A stretch of DNA of 64,000 nt from Candidatus Omnitrophota bacterium (GTDB taxonomy: Bacteria; Omnitrophota; Gorgyraeia; Zapsychrales; Zapsychraceae): positions 1,022,361 through 1,086,360 of the forward strand of contig JBFWOS010000001.1 in assembly GCA_050250375.1 (NCBI GenBank), read 5' to 3'. Made by a program: the position numbers and the translations under genes. Positions within the stretch are counted from its first letter, which is position 1. Each line of letters begins with the position of its first letter. The notes beneath the pieces are model-generated. The model searched no databases. It was not told the DNA's origin and worked only from the letters and a program-made list of their open reading frames with translations. Below, piece after piece: positions 38,655-49,093 of the stretch.

Positions 38655-40236
38655 AGTTGAAATAACTCCAGATCCGGCGGGCCTGATCGATGTTCAGCAT
38701 AAAGCAGACAATCCCGTAGAACATAAAACCGGCCGCGCCCACCACGGCGATCTTGATCTCTTCAAAAGGAAGGGACACATATTTCCATCCCGCATAAACC
38801 AGGCCGCCGGTCAAAGCAGAAGCGCAGACAATCTTTATAAAGTATCTGAACAATCCGTCAGACATCCCGCCCAGCCGTTTGTTCATGACATAAAACAGGA
38901 TGAGAAAATCTAGCGTCCCGGCCAAACTGCTGGCCAAGGTGATCCCGCCGATCTTTAACGGCCCCATTAAAAGAAAATTTAGTCCGGCATTGACCAGAAG
39001 ACATATGCCGGCCACCTTGACCGGCGTCTTCGTATCCTGCAGTGAATGAAACGCGGTCACCAAAATCTTGATCCCGCCGAAACTGAACAGCCCGAGTGAA
39101 GAAAAGGTCAGCGCGAGCGTCGTGATATCGGTCGAATAACCGCTGAATTCACCCCGCTGAAAAAGGACCCGGATAATCGGTTCGGAAAGAAACAACAGCA
39201 TCACGGTCATCGGACACATAATAAACAAAATGTTCTCCAGGAAAAAAACCAGGGTCTTCCTGATCCCGGGGATGTCGTTTTTGCTGGACATTCCCGACAA
39301 GGTCGGCAACAAAACCGAGGCCATAGCCACCCCGAAAATCCCCATCGGGAACTGGATGATCCGGTTGGCGTAATAAATCGCCGAGATCCCGCCCGCGCCA
39401 ACAATAGAAGACATGGACGCGCAGAACGTATCAATCAGCACCGTTAACTGGTAAACCCCGCTGCCGATCATCCGCGGGATCAATAACTTTCCGATTCTTT
39501 TTGCCCCCGGATGGGATAACGACACCGGACATTTCCAGATAAAACCCAATTTTTTAGTCGCCGGCCATTGAAAAATCAACTGCAGCACCCCTCCGGCCAG
39601 AACCCCGAGAGCCAGTCCGAAAACCGGTTCATTCATGGTCCGGGCAGAAATAAACGCGCTGATAATGACCGCAATATTTAACAGGCAGGGCGTAAAGGCC
39701 GGGACCGTAAACGAACGGAACGTATACAGGATGGCCATGCTGTAGGACGTCAGCCCGATCAGGATCAGATAAGGAAACATCAGTTTGGTCAAGGCCACGG
39801 TCAACGAGACTTTATCCGGATCAGCCATAAACCCGGGGGCGATGACCCGGACAATCCCTTCGGCAAAGATGATCCCCACGATCGTAATGACGCTCAAAAC
39901 AATAAACGCCAGGGCCAGGACGATGCTGACAAAACTCCAAAACCGCTCCTTATCCTCCTTTTGTTTATATTCGGATAAAATAGGAACAATGGCCGCGTTC
40001 GTTGCCCCTTCTCCCACCAGATCCCTGAAAAGGTTGGGGATCTTTAAGGCGACAAAAAACGCATCCGCCCGGAAACCTGTCCCGAGCAGTTTGGCCAGGA
40101 TGATATCCCGGATAAAACCGAGAATTCGGGAACTGAGCGTTCCCAGAGAAATGACCGAAGTCGACCGGATCAGGGAGCGGTGCGAATCAGCCTCACGGGA
40201 CGGCTCTTTCGGCCGGTGGAAATTATCAGTTGACAT
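38632..40236 (-). CDS. murJ: Lipid II flippase MurJ
   Basis: 14-TM MOP-family protein, with conserved ILGFIRDIILAKLLGTGFRADAFFVALKIPNLFR at the N-terminus. Confidence 0.88.
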   Translation of the reverse strand: MSTDNFHRPKEPSREADSHRSLIRSTSVISLGTLSSRILGFIRDIILAKLLGTGFRADAFFVALKIPNLFRDLVGEGATNAAIVPILSEYKQKEDKERFWSFVSIVLALAFIVLSVITIVGIIFAEGIVRVIAPGFMADPDKVSLTVALTKLMFPYLILIGLTSYSMAILYTFRSFTVPAFTPCLLNIAVIISAFISARTMNEPVFGLALGVLAGGVLQLIFQWPATKKLGFIWKCPVSLSHPGAKRIGKLLIPRMIGSGVYQLTVLIDTFCASMSSIVGAGGISAIYYANRIIQFPMGIFGVAMASVLLPTLSGMSSKNDIPGIRKTLVFFLENILFIMCPMTVMLLFLSEPIIRVLFQRGEFSGYSTDITTLALTFSSLGLFSFGGIKILVTAFHSLQDTKTPVKVAGICLLVNAGLNFLLMGPLKIGGITLASSLAGTLDFLILFYVMNKRLGGMSDGLFRYFIKIVCASALTGGLVYAGWKYVSLPFEEIKIAVVGAAGFMFYGIVCFMLNIDQARRIWSYFNYGFGRKS

Positions 40237-40316
40237 ACTGAACCCTTTTTGTTATATTTATCGCTCACTCACGGTTGAATATGATCTAAGACATTTTATT
40301 AAAAGGAGTTATTGCT

Positions 40317-40583
40317 GTGCCACAACGTTATTCAAGTGTAAAAGAATTAAGAAAAAGCCACAAACGACATATGCATAATTTGGACATCAAGACTGATTTG
40401 AAAAAGACAATCAAAGCCTATATGAGTAAAGTCAATCAGAAAAACAAAGAAGAGGCCCAGACAAGTCTTAAATTGGTCTATAAGAAATTGGATAAAGCAT
40501 CCAAAAGAGGCATTGTTCAGAAAAATACGGCTGCTCGACGAAAATCCCGCTTCACTAAACTGCTAACAAGCATAGCTTCGTAA
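40317..40583 (+). CDS. rpsT: 30S ribosomal protein S20
   Basis: 88-aa basic helical protein matching the S20 pattern (KSHKRHMHN...KNTAARRKSR). Confidence 0.85.
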   Translation: MPQRYSSVKELRKSHKRHMHNLDIKTDLKKTIKAYMSKVNQKNKEEAQTSLKLVYKKLDKASKRGIVQKNTAARRKSRFTKLLTSIAS

Positions 40584-41202
40584 CCAGCACTTCAAGCGCA
40601 TATTCCGGCGGCAGGCGGCTGCGTTTTATGTTTAAATCCGCTTCCTGCAATTCTTTCAGTCCTTTTTGAAAATTATCCGGTGAAATTTTCGTTTTATTCT
40701 TTCCCCAGAACCACACCAAACCGCCCATCAATTGCAGCGGATGGTTCCCTTCATTGAACAAAGACGTTAACATCGCCAGCGCCTCACGCGGATTCCTGGC
40801 CCCGATTGCGTTGGTCATATCAAACACGTTTAACTTTTTTTTCCCGCCGAACGCAAGAACTTTCGCCTTGATTTCAAGTTTGCTCAAGAAACCTTTCTGC
40901 GACGCTTCCGAACAGTCTGCGATCAGGATACAGTAATCACTGGAAGAGTTGGAAAAATCTATCAGTATGTTCTGGTTTTGAGGATTAGCTTTCTGAACCT
41001 GACGGATAAGAACCAGGCGTTGTTTGACGATAACGGGCAGGGTCATGAGGGATTTCTTTAGATCTTCCGGCGTTACTTTCGCGGCATCCAGGATATCGTA
41101 ATCAAACCGCCGGGCGTCAGGATGCGACAAAATCTTGTTTCTCAATTCATCGATCTTTTGTTCCTTGGCCTGATAATCATCACCTTTTAATATGTAGATC
41201 AT
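40555..41202 (-). CDS. holA: DNA polymerase III delta subunit (HolA), short form
   Basis: Start reset to MIYILKGDDY (41202); the upstream extension overlaps lptE. N-terminal delta-like fold signature. Supported by lptE-holA synteny. Only ~216 aa. The 3' end overlaps rpsT convergently by 29 bp. Confidence 0.55.
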   Translation of the reverse strand: MIYILKGDDYQAKEQKIDELRNKILSHPDARRFDYDILDAAKVTPEDLKKSLMTLPVIVKQRLVLIRQVQKANPQNQNILIDFSNSSSDYCILIADCSEASQKGFLSKLEIKAKVLAFGGKKKLNVFDMTNAIGARNPREALAMLTSLFNEGNHPLQLMGGLVWFWGKNKTKISPDNFQKGLKELQEADLNIKRSRLPPEYALEVLVTKLCLLAV

Positions 41203-41230
41203 AGGATTAACATCAGGGACAACGCCCTGT

Positions 41231-41761
41231 TTACCAGGCTTCCACGGTGCGCTCGACAATCCGGCGGGCCAAATCTTCAATCGCTTCCCTGACGGCCGAT
41301 TCTTCCGATGAGGATTGCGGCCCGGAGACAAAATACGTCGCTTCACCGACAAACGATTCTTCGGTCCACATCAATTCCTGGGTGTCGTTGTTGTACAGTT
41401 CCAGCCGGACCGTAATATAAACCCGATATTCTTCAACGTCGTCGTTGTCGGTAAAACGCAGGCCGATCCTGCGGTAACTCAGCAGTTCGCCTTTGAGGAA
41501 AAGATCCGCCGAGTCTTCCCCTCCGATCTTCAGATTCCCGTCAAACAGGAACCTGTCCGTGATCGCGTTATGCACATTGACTTCCAGCAGCGGAAGATAC
41601 AAGTTCCGCCTGGCTTCATTTGTAAAATCAATCTTGTTGATAAATTTATCAACGTAGATCGTATGGATATGCTCCGGCAGGGTTGAACTGGTGGTATACC
41701 CGCACCCGAAGAGATAAAGGCAGCCGATGACGGCCAAGGTTAAACGCTGGATAGCTTTCAT
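41231..41761 (-). CDS. lptE: LPS-assembly lipoprotein LptE-like
   Basis: Signal peptide with lipobox LFGC, ~175 aa, immediately upstream of holA as in proteobacterial leuS-lptE-holA. Confidence 0.55.
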   Translation of the reverse strand: MKAIQRLTLAVIGCLYLFGCGYTTSSTLPEHIHTIYVDKFINKIDFTNEARRNLYLPLLEVNVHNAITDRFLFDGNLKIGGEDSADLFLKGELLSYRRIGLRFTDNDDVEEYRVYITVRLELYNNDTQELMWTEESFVGEATYFVSGPQSSSEESAVREAIEDLARRIVERTVEAW

Positions 41762-42717
41762 TATTTTTTATTGATCAGTTCGCGGATCTTGTTTAATGAT
41801 TTCGATGACCACGGTGAATTCGGATATTCATCCACCACGATCTGGTAGTATAGTTTGGCCGATTGATACTGTTTTTGTTTTTCATAAAACTGGGCGATCA
41901 CAAAATTGTTTTCGGCCTCCTTGTTGCGCAGCTTCTGGATCTCGGCCTTGGCATTTTCGGACAGCTCCGCGTCCGGATAAATCTCAACGAACTCTTTAAA
42001 TTCTTCAACCGCGGATTGTGTGACCTTCTGGTCATACTCGGCCCGGGTCGAACGTTTAGAGTCAGAAACCGCGATCTGGTACTGGGCCGGTTTGACCCAC
42101 TCACTGTTGGGGTAATCGTTGATCACCTTTTCAAATTCATCGCGTGCTTCCGGATAAAGCTGTTTTTCCTGGAGATAAAGGCCGATCTTGTATTGAGACA
42201 CAGCCGCCAGCGGCCCATAGGGAGCATTTTTGATTACGGCCCGGAACACTTCAATGACATTATAGTCTGTTCCGGTCAGGGCATCGCGGATCTTGCCCTT
42301 GTTCCGTTCCCCGTCCAAAAGTTTCCCGCCGATATCATACTGTCTTTGGACCACTTCCGAGGAACGTTCGCTGAACGGATAACGATCGACCACCTTTTGA
42401 TATTCCTTATGCGCCCCGAACAGGTTTCCCTGATCTTCCAGGATCTTCGCGATATAAAATTGGGCATCAGGGGCTTCGACGGAACGCGGATAATGCTTGA
42501 GGAGTTTGTTAAATTCGTTGGACGCGTCTTTATATTCCTTAGCGTCATAGGCCTCCATGGCCACATCAAACTGTTCTTTAGGGGTATCTTTGACAGCGAA
42601 TTTCGGGTTGACCCATTTGTTGGTTTCCGGGGTCCATACCCAGAAAGCCATCGACGTCCCAACGCCCGAGAATATGAATATTATTAAAAATAATAGTCTT
42701 GTTATAAGTCGAAACAT
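41761..42717 (-). CDS. TPR-repeat protein, BamD/YfiO-like
   Basis: Signal peptide followed by repeated TPR-like helices with an ...YP-S/N... pattern (KHYPRSVEAPDAQFYIAKI; DRYPFSERSSEV; NDYPNSEWVKPAQYQIA; DEYPNSPWSSKS). Confidence 0.5.
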   Translation of the reverse strand: MFRLITRLLFLIIFIFSGVGTSMAFWVWTPETNKWVNPKFAVKDTPKEQFDVAMEAYDAKEYKDASNEFNKLLKHYPRSVEAPDAQFYIAKILEDQGNLFGAHKEYQKVVDRYPFSERSSEVVQRQYDIGGKLLDGERNKGKIRDALTGTDYNVIEVFRAVIKNAPYGPLAAVSQYKIGLYLQEKQLYPEARDEFEKVINDYPNSEWVKPAQYQIAVSDSKRSTRAEYDQKVTQSAVEEFKEFVEIYPDAELSENAKAEIQKLRNKEAENNFVIAQFYEKQKQYQSAKLYYQIVVDEYPNSPWSSKSLNKIRELINKK

Positions 42718-42840
42718 AAAGCCAAATTTAGCACAGCCGTCTGTTTTTGTCAATTCCTGTGCCGGGGTAGGAGGTTAATCAAATTTGTAGCTATTATACC
42801 CCAAGGACAAAAATAAATCATGTTTTAAATTAAGAATTCA

Positions 42841-44430
42841 TTAAGTCTTTCGCCCCAGATGAAAAACGGACCAAGCCAATCCGGTCAACCCATAATAAAG
42901 AAAAACGGCCCACAGGGGAAACGCCTTCCATTCAAAATAAGCCCCCGGAATCCAGGTAAAAAAAACGACCATGGCCACCATCAAATTGAGCAAAACGGTA
43001 ATACAGCTGGCAAATGTGAACGCGATCACAGGACAAATAATCCCCGTGATCAAAAGCCCCATCCCGAAATAAATGAGAAGGGACGAGATCGGGACAATGA
43101 CCAGATTCGCCAGCACAACAACCGGCGTGACAAACTGAAAATAATAAACAACCAGCGGGAACACCCCCAGGTACGCCACCAGCGAAAACGCGGTCGATTG
43201 TAATAAATACCGGACAGCCTTGTGTTTGAACGTGTTTTTACCCTGGCCTTCCCTGAACGCCGGAAAAATTTTATAAAAGACCTGCATCAGCCTTGGATAA
43301 AAAAGGATAATCGCCAGGACACTGATGAACGACAGTTGAAATCCCGCATCAAAGAGGTTCAGCGGGTTCATCAATAAAAGGATCAGAGCGGCCAGGGACA
43401 ACGTATTGATTGATTCCTGGTCCCGTTCGACTAAAAAACTGGCCAGAAAAACGACCGCCATGATCGTCGCCCGGACAACCGGCGGCTGCCCTCCGGTGAG
43501 AAACGCGTAAAAAACAAGGAATGCCATTGTCAGAATATACTGCGCCTGCCGCGGGATCGGAAACATCTTGAGGATCAAAAAAATCATATAAGCCACAATA
43601 CCCACATTAAACCCGGAAATGGCGATGATGTGCGCGACCCCGGACAGCTTGCACAGATCATAAAAATATTTTGGGATATCATACCGGTCTCCCAGCAAAA
43701 AGGCCTGCATGATCCCGGCCTCATGTTTGAAAAGATACGTTCGAATAATCTTAATCAGCCGGTGTTTGAACCGGAATGACCATTCGCCGATCCAATGACC
43801 CTGATTGCGGCGCAACAACTCGGTCCGTCCGGATTTCTTTACACTCAGAATATATGTGATCCCCCTTCGATAAAGATAATCCCGGTAAGAAAAAAGCCCG
43901 CCTTCTGAAAAATTAAACGGCCGGTGTAATTTTCCTTCGATTAATAAATAATCACCATACTGAATGTCTTCGTCCCTGAACAGGTTAACCAGGACAGGCC
44001 CGGACTTTTCTTTCCAGCCCCATTTTGTTTTGATGCGTTTAACCTTGAGCGTAAAGACCGTTTTTCTTCCTTTAAAGAACTTGCGCGGTTCGACATCGGA
44101 CACAACCAGCCCTTCGACGGCCACAGGTTCTTTTCGGTACCCGTATGCAATCTGACTGATATGATCGGACGGGAACGTTTCGTAATTCTGCCGGTACATT
44201 GAACCGATCACTCCAAATGTCATCAGCAATAAAACGACGGATATCTTTTTTTGTCGGGACATGAACCATCCCAGGAACAACAAAACGACGGCCCCCCCGA
44301 ACAGGATGAAAAACGGAATCTTGATATATGGAGACAATATAATTCCAAAGATAAAACAAAGACAAACCCACAAAGCCGGCCGGTGGGTGTAACCTTTCCC
44401 CGGGGATGAAGAATCGAATATCTCCATCAT
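42841..44430 (-). CDS. comEC: ComEC/Rec2-family DNA internalisation channel protein (no C-terminal metallo-beta-lactamase domain)
   Basis: An N-terminal DUF4131-like segment plus a competence domain with a multi-TM core (GVAHIIAISGFNVGIV). Confidence 0.78.
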   Translation of the reverse strand: MMEIFDSSSPGKGYTHRPALWVCLCFIFGIILSPYIKIPFFILFGGAVVLLFLGWFMSRQKKISVVLLLMTFGVIGSMYRQNYETFPSDHISQIAYGYRKEPVAVEGLVVSDVEPRKFFKGRKTVFTLKVKRIKTKWGWKEKSGPVLVNLFRDEDIQYGDYLLIEGKLHRPFNFSEGGLFSYRDYLYRRGITYILSVKKSGRTELLRRNQGHWIGEWSFRFKHRLIKIIRTYLFKHEAGIMQAFLLGDRYDIPKYFYDLCKLSGVAHIIAISGFNVGIVAYMIFLILKMFPIPRQAQYILTMAFLVFYAFLTGGQPPVVRATIMAVVFLASFLVERDQESINTLSLAALILLLMNPLNLFDAGFQLSFISVLAIILFYPRLMQVFYKIFPAFREGQGKNTFKHKAVRYLLQSTAFSLVAYLGVFPLVVYYFQFVTPVVVLANLVIVPISSLLIYFGMGLLITGIICPVIAFTFASCITVLLNLMVAMVVFFTWIPGAYFEWKAFPLWAVFLYYGLTGLAWSVFHLGRKT

Positions 44431-44771
44431 CGGACACCCGCCTTTAAAAACGGCGAAAACCGTTTGAAATTATTTTCACGGATTCCCCTGATCCGTTTTA
44501 ACTGGTCGAGTGTTTCAAAATGGCCGTGCGTTTGACGATACTCAAGGATGGCCGCAGCGGTGTAATCGCCGATGTAAGGAACACTCTTTAACTCTTCTTT
44601 ATCCGCGGTATTGATGTCAATCTTATGAGGGACATATCCTGTCTCCAGGCGGTCGGTAAAATTAATCAGGCGGGGATATTTCTTGATGATCACATGAAAG
44701 GCCGAACCGAAACATAACACGGCCGCGAAAACAGCCAGCACACTGGCTTCATTCTTTGTCAGATTTAACAT
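44427..44771 (-). CDS. comEA: ComEA-like helix-hairpin-helix DNA-binding protein
   Basis: An N-terminal TM plus a C-terminal (HhH)2 domain (DINTADKEELKSVPYIGDYTAAAILEYRQTHGHFETLDQL). Confidence 0.75.
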   Translation of the reverse strand: MLNLTKNEASVLAVFAAVLCFGSAFHVIIKKYPRLINFTDRLETGYVPHKIDINTADKEELKSVPYIGDYTAAAILEYRQTHGHFETLDQLKRIRGIRENNFKRFSPFLKAGVR

Positions 44772-44813
44772 GTGTTTCCCGACGGGAAACCGAGTGAGGG
44801 GCGGGGGAGCCGG

Positions 44814-47294
44814 TTAAATAACGATGTTGGCTAATTTGCCTGGGATATATACAAACCGTTTGATTTCTTTTCCTTCAAGGTAAGTCTTGATCTTGTCATC
44901 GGACACGATCAGCGCCTTCAGGTCTCCGTCAGTGATATCAGAAGCGACCTGGAAACGTCCTCTTAACTTTCCATTGATCTGTACGATGACCTGGATCTCA
45001 TCCTGTACCAGCGCGGATTCATCACACACCGGCCACTGCGTTTGAACGACACAGCCGGATTGCCCCAGCTTTTCCCACAGCTCTTCGCACATGTGCGGCG
45101 CAATCGGCGCTAACAAAAGCACCACGGTCCGGGCGATGTGGTTTAACAAGGCCTGTTTATTGGTCTGACCTTCCGCGGGAAGATATTTATCCAGGCTGTT
45201 CATCAGGATCATCAGACTGCTGATCGCGGTATTAAATTTGTAACTCTGGAAATCTTCCGTGACTTTTTTGACAGACACATTCAGTTCCCGGTAAATGTCC
45301 CGGTCCTCTTTGTCAAAATCTTTCACCTGCATGGAACCATTAACCGGCTGGACGCGTTTTTCCACCAGGTTCCAGATCCGGGTCAGGAATTTCCAGGAGC
45401 CTTCAATGGCCTGGTCGTTCCACTCCAGCTGATCTTCCGGCGGCGCGGCGAACAGGATAAACACCCGCATGGAATCCGAACCGTATTTCTTGACGATGGC
45501 GTCCGGATCAACGACATTGCCTTTGGATTTGGACATAACCTCCCCGTGCAAAAGGACCATGCCCTGGGTCAATAAACGGTAGAACGGTTCTTCGGTGTTG
45601 ACCAGCCCGATACTTTTAAAAAATTTGGTAAAAAACCGCGAATACAACAAATGCAGGATCGCGTGTTCAATCCCGCCGATATACTGGTCGACCGGCAGCC
45701 AGTAATTCGCCTTCTCTTTATTAAAGATCTCGTTCTTGTTCTTCGCGTCCGTGTAACGGATGTAATACCAGCTCGAATCAAAAAACGTGTCCATCGTATC
45801 CGTTTCCCGGCGGTATTTCTTTCCCGTCCTGGGATCTGTATAAAACTTGAAGTCTTCTGATGTCTCGAGCGGATTGCCTTTGCCGAATTCAATATCATCC
45901 GGAAGCGTGACCGGTAATTGATCTTCAGGAATCGGTACCGGATTCCCATGGTCATCATAATACATCGGGATCGGGGTCCCCCAATACCGCTGACGGGAGA
46001 TCAGCCAGTCTTTCAGCCGGAAAGTGATGGTCCTTTTGCCGGTTCCCTGCTGTTCCATCCATTCAGAAATCTTCGTGATCGCTTCGGTGCTGGTGATCCC
46101 GTCGAATTGAGATGAATTCACCATGACGCCCGGCTCCACAAACGCTTCGTTCATCTCTTCGGCTTTAAGATCATTCACATTCTCCGGCCGGATCACGACT
46201 GAAATAGGAAGATTATATTTTTTAGCAAATAGAAAATCACGCTGGTCGTGCGCAGGGACCGCCATGACAGCTCCGGTCCCGTAATCCATCAGCACATAAT
46301 CCGCCGCCCACAAGGGAACGGTTTTTCCGTTGACCGGATTCCTGGCGAATACGCCCAGTGAGCGGCCTGTTTTTTCCCGGCCTTCCCCCATGCGTTCAAC
46401 CATTGATTCCTTCTCAGTGCTCGCGATATATTTCAGGACGTCCTGTTCATTCGGCTGGCCTTTGATCCACTCCCGGCATTTGGGATGTTCCGGCGCCAGC
46501 ACCAGGTATTCAATCCCGAACACCGTATCCGGCCGGGTGGTGAATGTCTCGATCTCATCGATTTTCTTTCCGTGAGAATCAACGATATCAAACCGGATCG
46601 TGGTCCCGTGGCTCTTGCCGATCCAGTTTCTCTGCATCGACTTGACCCGTTCCGGCCAATAGTCCAGTTTGTCTAAATCCGCCAGCAGTTCTTCCGCGAA
46701 CGCGGTGATCCTGATGAACCACTGTTCGATCTCTTTTTTCTCGACCTCAGCGCCCGACCGCCAGCCCTTGCCGTCGATGACCTGTTCATTCGCCAGAACG
46801 GTATTGTCCACCGGGTCCCAGTTGACCAGCGATTTCTTTTTATAGACCAGGCCTTTTTTGTACAGCTGGATAAAAACCCACTGGTTCCAGCGGTAATAGT
46901 CCGGATCGTGGCTGTACAAAAACCTCGACCAGTCATAACTCATGCCGAGCATCTTCATCTGTTCGACCATGTCGTTCATGCGCAGGTCGGTCCAGCGGCG
47001 CGGGTGATCGTTATTCTTGATCGCGGCGTTTTCCGCCGGCAGCCCGAACGAATCAAAACCCATCGGATAAAGCACATTATAACCCTGCATACGGCGGAAA
47101 CGCGCGAGCACATCACCGATCGTATAGTTGCGCACATGGCCCATATGCAGTTTTCCCGAGGGGTACGGATACATCTCCAGGACATAAAATTTCTTTTTGG
47201 ACAAGTCAGAGCCGGCCTCAAAGACTTTATGGTCTCTCCAGTATTGCTGCCACTTCTCTTCTAATTTCCTGATCTCGTGAATGACGTAAGGCAT
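44814..47294 (-). CDS. leuS: Leucyl-tRNA synthetase
   Basis: 826 aa with HMGH and KMSKS motifs ([15 protein letters not shown]...VMSKSKGN). Confidence 0.97.
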   Translation of the reverse strand: MPYVIHEIRKLEEKWQQYWRDHKVFEAGSDLSKKKFYVLEMYPYPSGKLHMGHVRNYTIGDVLARFRRMQGYNVLYPMGFDSFGLPAENAAIKNNDHPRRWTDLRMNDMVEQMKMLGMSYDWSRFLYSHDPDYYRWNQWVFIQLYKKGLVYKKKSLVNWDPVDNTVLANEQVIDGKGWRSGAEVEKKEIEQWFIRITAFAEELLADLDKLDYWPERVKSMQRNWIGKSHGTTIRFDIVDSHGKKIDEIETFTTRPDTVFGIEYLVLAPEHPKCREWIKGQPNEQDVLKYIASTEKESMVERMGEGREKTGRSLGVFARNPVNGKTVPLWAADYVLMDYGTGAVMAVPAHDQRDFLFAKKYNLPISVVIRPENVNDLKAEEMNEAFVEPGVMVNSSQFDGITSTEAITKISEWMEQQGTGKRTITFRLKDWLISRQRYWGTPIPMYYDDHGNPVPIPEDQLPVTLPDDIEFGKGNPLETSEDFKFYTDPRTGKKYRRETDTMDTFFDSSWYYIRYTDAKNKNEIFNKEKANYWLPVDQYIGGIEHAILHLLYSRFFTKFFKSIGLVNTEEPFYRLLTQGMVLLHGEVMSKSKGNVVDPDAIVKKYGSDSMRVFILFAAPPEDQLEWNDQAIEGSWKFLTRIWNLVEKRVQPVNGSMQVKDFDKEDRDIYRELNVSVKKVTEDFQSYKFNTAISSLMILMNSLDKYLPAEGQTNKQALLNHIARTVVLLLAPIAPHMCEELWEKLGQSGCVVQTQWPVCDESALVQDEIQVIVQINGKLRGRFQVASDITDGDLKALIVSDDKIKTYLEGKEIKRFVYIPGKLANIVI

Positions 47295-47395
47295 AATGAT
47301 AAATTTAATATGTTTGATACAAACAATTGAATACTTTTTATACTACAAAACCTCTCAAAAAGCTATTTTTTTATATCCAGGAAGTGGTCATGTGA

Positions 47396-47540
47396 ATTTA
47401 TGCCCGCGGGCATAAATCTCGAAGAAAATGAACCGGTCGCAAATTGCGTCCGCGCGGTCGCAATTGGGGGTTCAGGTGTCGATCACTTTTGACAATTGTC
47501 GGCCCGGGCCAACAATTGGTGCCGGCCGGCACCAATTGTA
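47396..47540. repeat. Array of GC-rich perfect palindromes with CAATTG cores phased 20 bp apart
   Basis: TTTATGCCCGCGGGCATAAA at 47396..47415. Direct repeat GGTCGCAA(A)TTG twice. CAATTG at 47461, 47493, 47513 and 47533. Two abutting 26-bp palindromes: CAATTGTCGGCCCGGGCCAACAATTG and CAATTGGTGCCGGCCGGCACCAATTG. Confidence 0.6.
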
Positions 47541-47583
47541 GCATAAAACGAAAAAGTGACTGGGATTGACATCAAATAAAAAA

Positions 47584-47657
47584 TCGGGGAGGCGGGATTT
47601 GAACCCGCGACCTCAACGTCCCGAACGTTGCACGCTAGCCAACTGCGCTACTCCCCG
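47584..47657 (-). tRNA. tRNA-Pro (CGG)
   Basis: Reverse complement reads CGGGGAGTAGCGCAGTTGGCTAGCGTGCAACGTTCGGGACGTTGAGGTCGCGGGTTCAAATCCCGCCTCCCCGA. Cloverleaf with anticodon CGG; CCA is not encoded. Confidence 0.85.
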
Positions 47658-47670
47658 TAAAGGAATGATC

Positions 47671-47868
47671 TTAGTGGACAAACAGCATCACGAGCGCCAC
47701 TGCCAGGACCGCGCCCAGGATATACCAGCCGATCCGGTTTGATCCATACCTAAGATTACTGATGAACCCTTTCCCGACACGGTCCAGGGATTCGCCGCAA
47801 AAATGGCAGGACAGCGCGTCTTCATCATAAATTGGATTTTGGCAATGGGGGCAAATATACTCGTTCAA
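47671..47868 (-). CDS. Small zinc-ribbon protein with C-terminal TM helix
   Basis: CPHC...CHFC pairs followed by a hydrophobic tail; 65 aa. Confidence 0.35.
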   Translation of the reverse strand: MNEYICPHCQNPIYDEDALSCHFCGESLDRVGKGFISNLRYGSNRIGWYILGAVLAVALVMLFVH

Positions 47869-47976
47869 AGCAAGATATTATGCCATTGGATTGCCTGTCC
47901 GTCAAAAAAAATGTTTTCTGTTCACAGACTGTCCGCGTTTTAGAATTATTTGATTTTTAAAGTGATTTGGTCTAAG

Positions 47977-48186
47977 ATGATGTCCATGAACATCAGGATC
48001 AACGGGTCGGAACGGACGTTTACCGGGACTAAAAACCTTAACGAAATCATCCTTCAGTTTCGCAAGGACAACCGGCGGGTTATCGCTGAATTAAACGGTG
48101 AAATCATTAAAAGCCCCCGTTGGGAAGAAATTGTCATGAAAGACGGGGACACGCTGGAACTTGTCACATTTGTCGGGGGCGGATAA
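47977..48186 (+). CDS. thiS: Sulfur carrier protein ThiS
   Basis: ~66-70 aa ending in GG, upstream of thiG. The exact start is uncertain among ATGs at 47950..47986. Confidence 0.7.
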   Translation: MMSMNIRINGSERTFTGTKNLNEIILQFRKDNRRVIAELNGEIIKSPRWEEIVMKDGDTLELVTFVGGG

Positions 48187-48268
48187 CCAAACGCCTTCTC
48201 CCTCTCTATGTGATCCACTGGCCGGGAGAACGTCCCCGGAACAATCAACTTAATTAAAGACGACATAG

Positions 48269-49093
48269 ATGAACGATAAAACCATCACTCCCATCGGCCA
48301 ACAGCCAACCAGCCTCACTCACGATACACCTTTGGTGATCGCGGGCAAGACGTTTACCAACCGTTTTTTTCTGGGCACGGGCAAATTTAAAAATAAAACT
48401 GATCTGGCCGAAAGCATTAAAGAAAGCGGCTCGCAGATCGTCACCGTGGCCCTGCGGCGCATTGACCTAGAACGGCATGAAGACAATATTCTCGAATATA
48501 TTCCCGAAGGGGTCACGCTTTTGACCAACACCTCCGGGGCGCGTAACGCCGCCGAAGCGGTACGCATTGCGCGTCTCGCCGAATCTTCGGGCTGCGGGAA
48601 GTGGGTCAAGATCGAGGTCATCAACGATTCCAAATACCTGCTTCCGGATAATCAGGAAACGATCAAAGCGACGGAGATCCTGGCCGCCGAAGGTTTTGTT
48701 GTCCTGCCTTATGTCACGCCGGATCTGTATGTCGCGCGCGCGCTGGTCAAGGCCGGGGCCGCGACCGTCATGCCGCTGGGTTCTTTGATCGGCAGCAATC
48801 AGGGATTGAAGACCGAAGAAATGATCCGCATCCTGGTGGATGAAATCGACCTGCCGATTGTGGTTGATGCCGGGATCGGCGCGCCGTCACAGGCCGCGCA
48901 GGCGATGGAACTCGGGGCTGATGCGGTGTTAGTCAACACCGCTGTGGCTACCGCAGGAAATCCGGCCGGTTTAGCCAAGGCCTTCTCCCTGGCCGTCGAA
49001 GCCGGACGGCTGGCGTATTGCAGCCGTTTACCTCTCAAAAAAAATACCGCTGAAACCTCGTCTCCTTTGACGGGATTTCTTTACGACTCATGA
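48269..49093 (+). CDS. thiG: Thiazole synthase ThiG
   Basis: TIM-barrel ThiG pattern (LGTGKF...VLPY...VMPLGS...IGS...VDAGIG...[14 protein letters not shown]). Confidence 0.92.
   Translation: MNDKTITPIGQQPTSLTHDTPLVIAGKTFTNRFFLGTGKFKNKTDLAESIKESGSQIVTVALRRIDLERHEDNILEYIPEGVTLLTNTSGARNAAEAVRIARLAESSGCGKWVKIEVINDSKYLLPDNQETIKATEILAAEGFVVLPYVTPDLYVARALVKAGAATVMPLGSLIGSNQGLKTEEMIRILVDEIDLPIVVDAGIGAPSQAAQAMELGADAVLVNTAVATAGNPAGLAKAFSLAVEAGRLAYCSRLPLKKNTAETSSPLTGFLYDS

Noticed and set aside
47295-47583. Possible IS or MITE with terminal inverted repeats in the leuS upstream region
   Set aside because: The palindromes are internal dyads, not a pair of terminal inverted repeats flanking a unit. There is no target-site duplication or transposase-like ORF. 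Treated as a regulatory or structural array instead.
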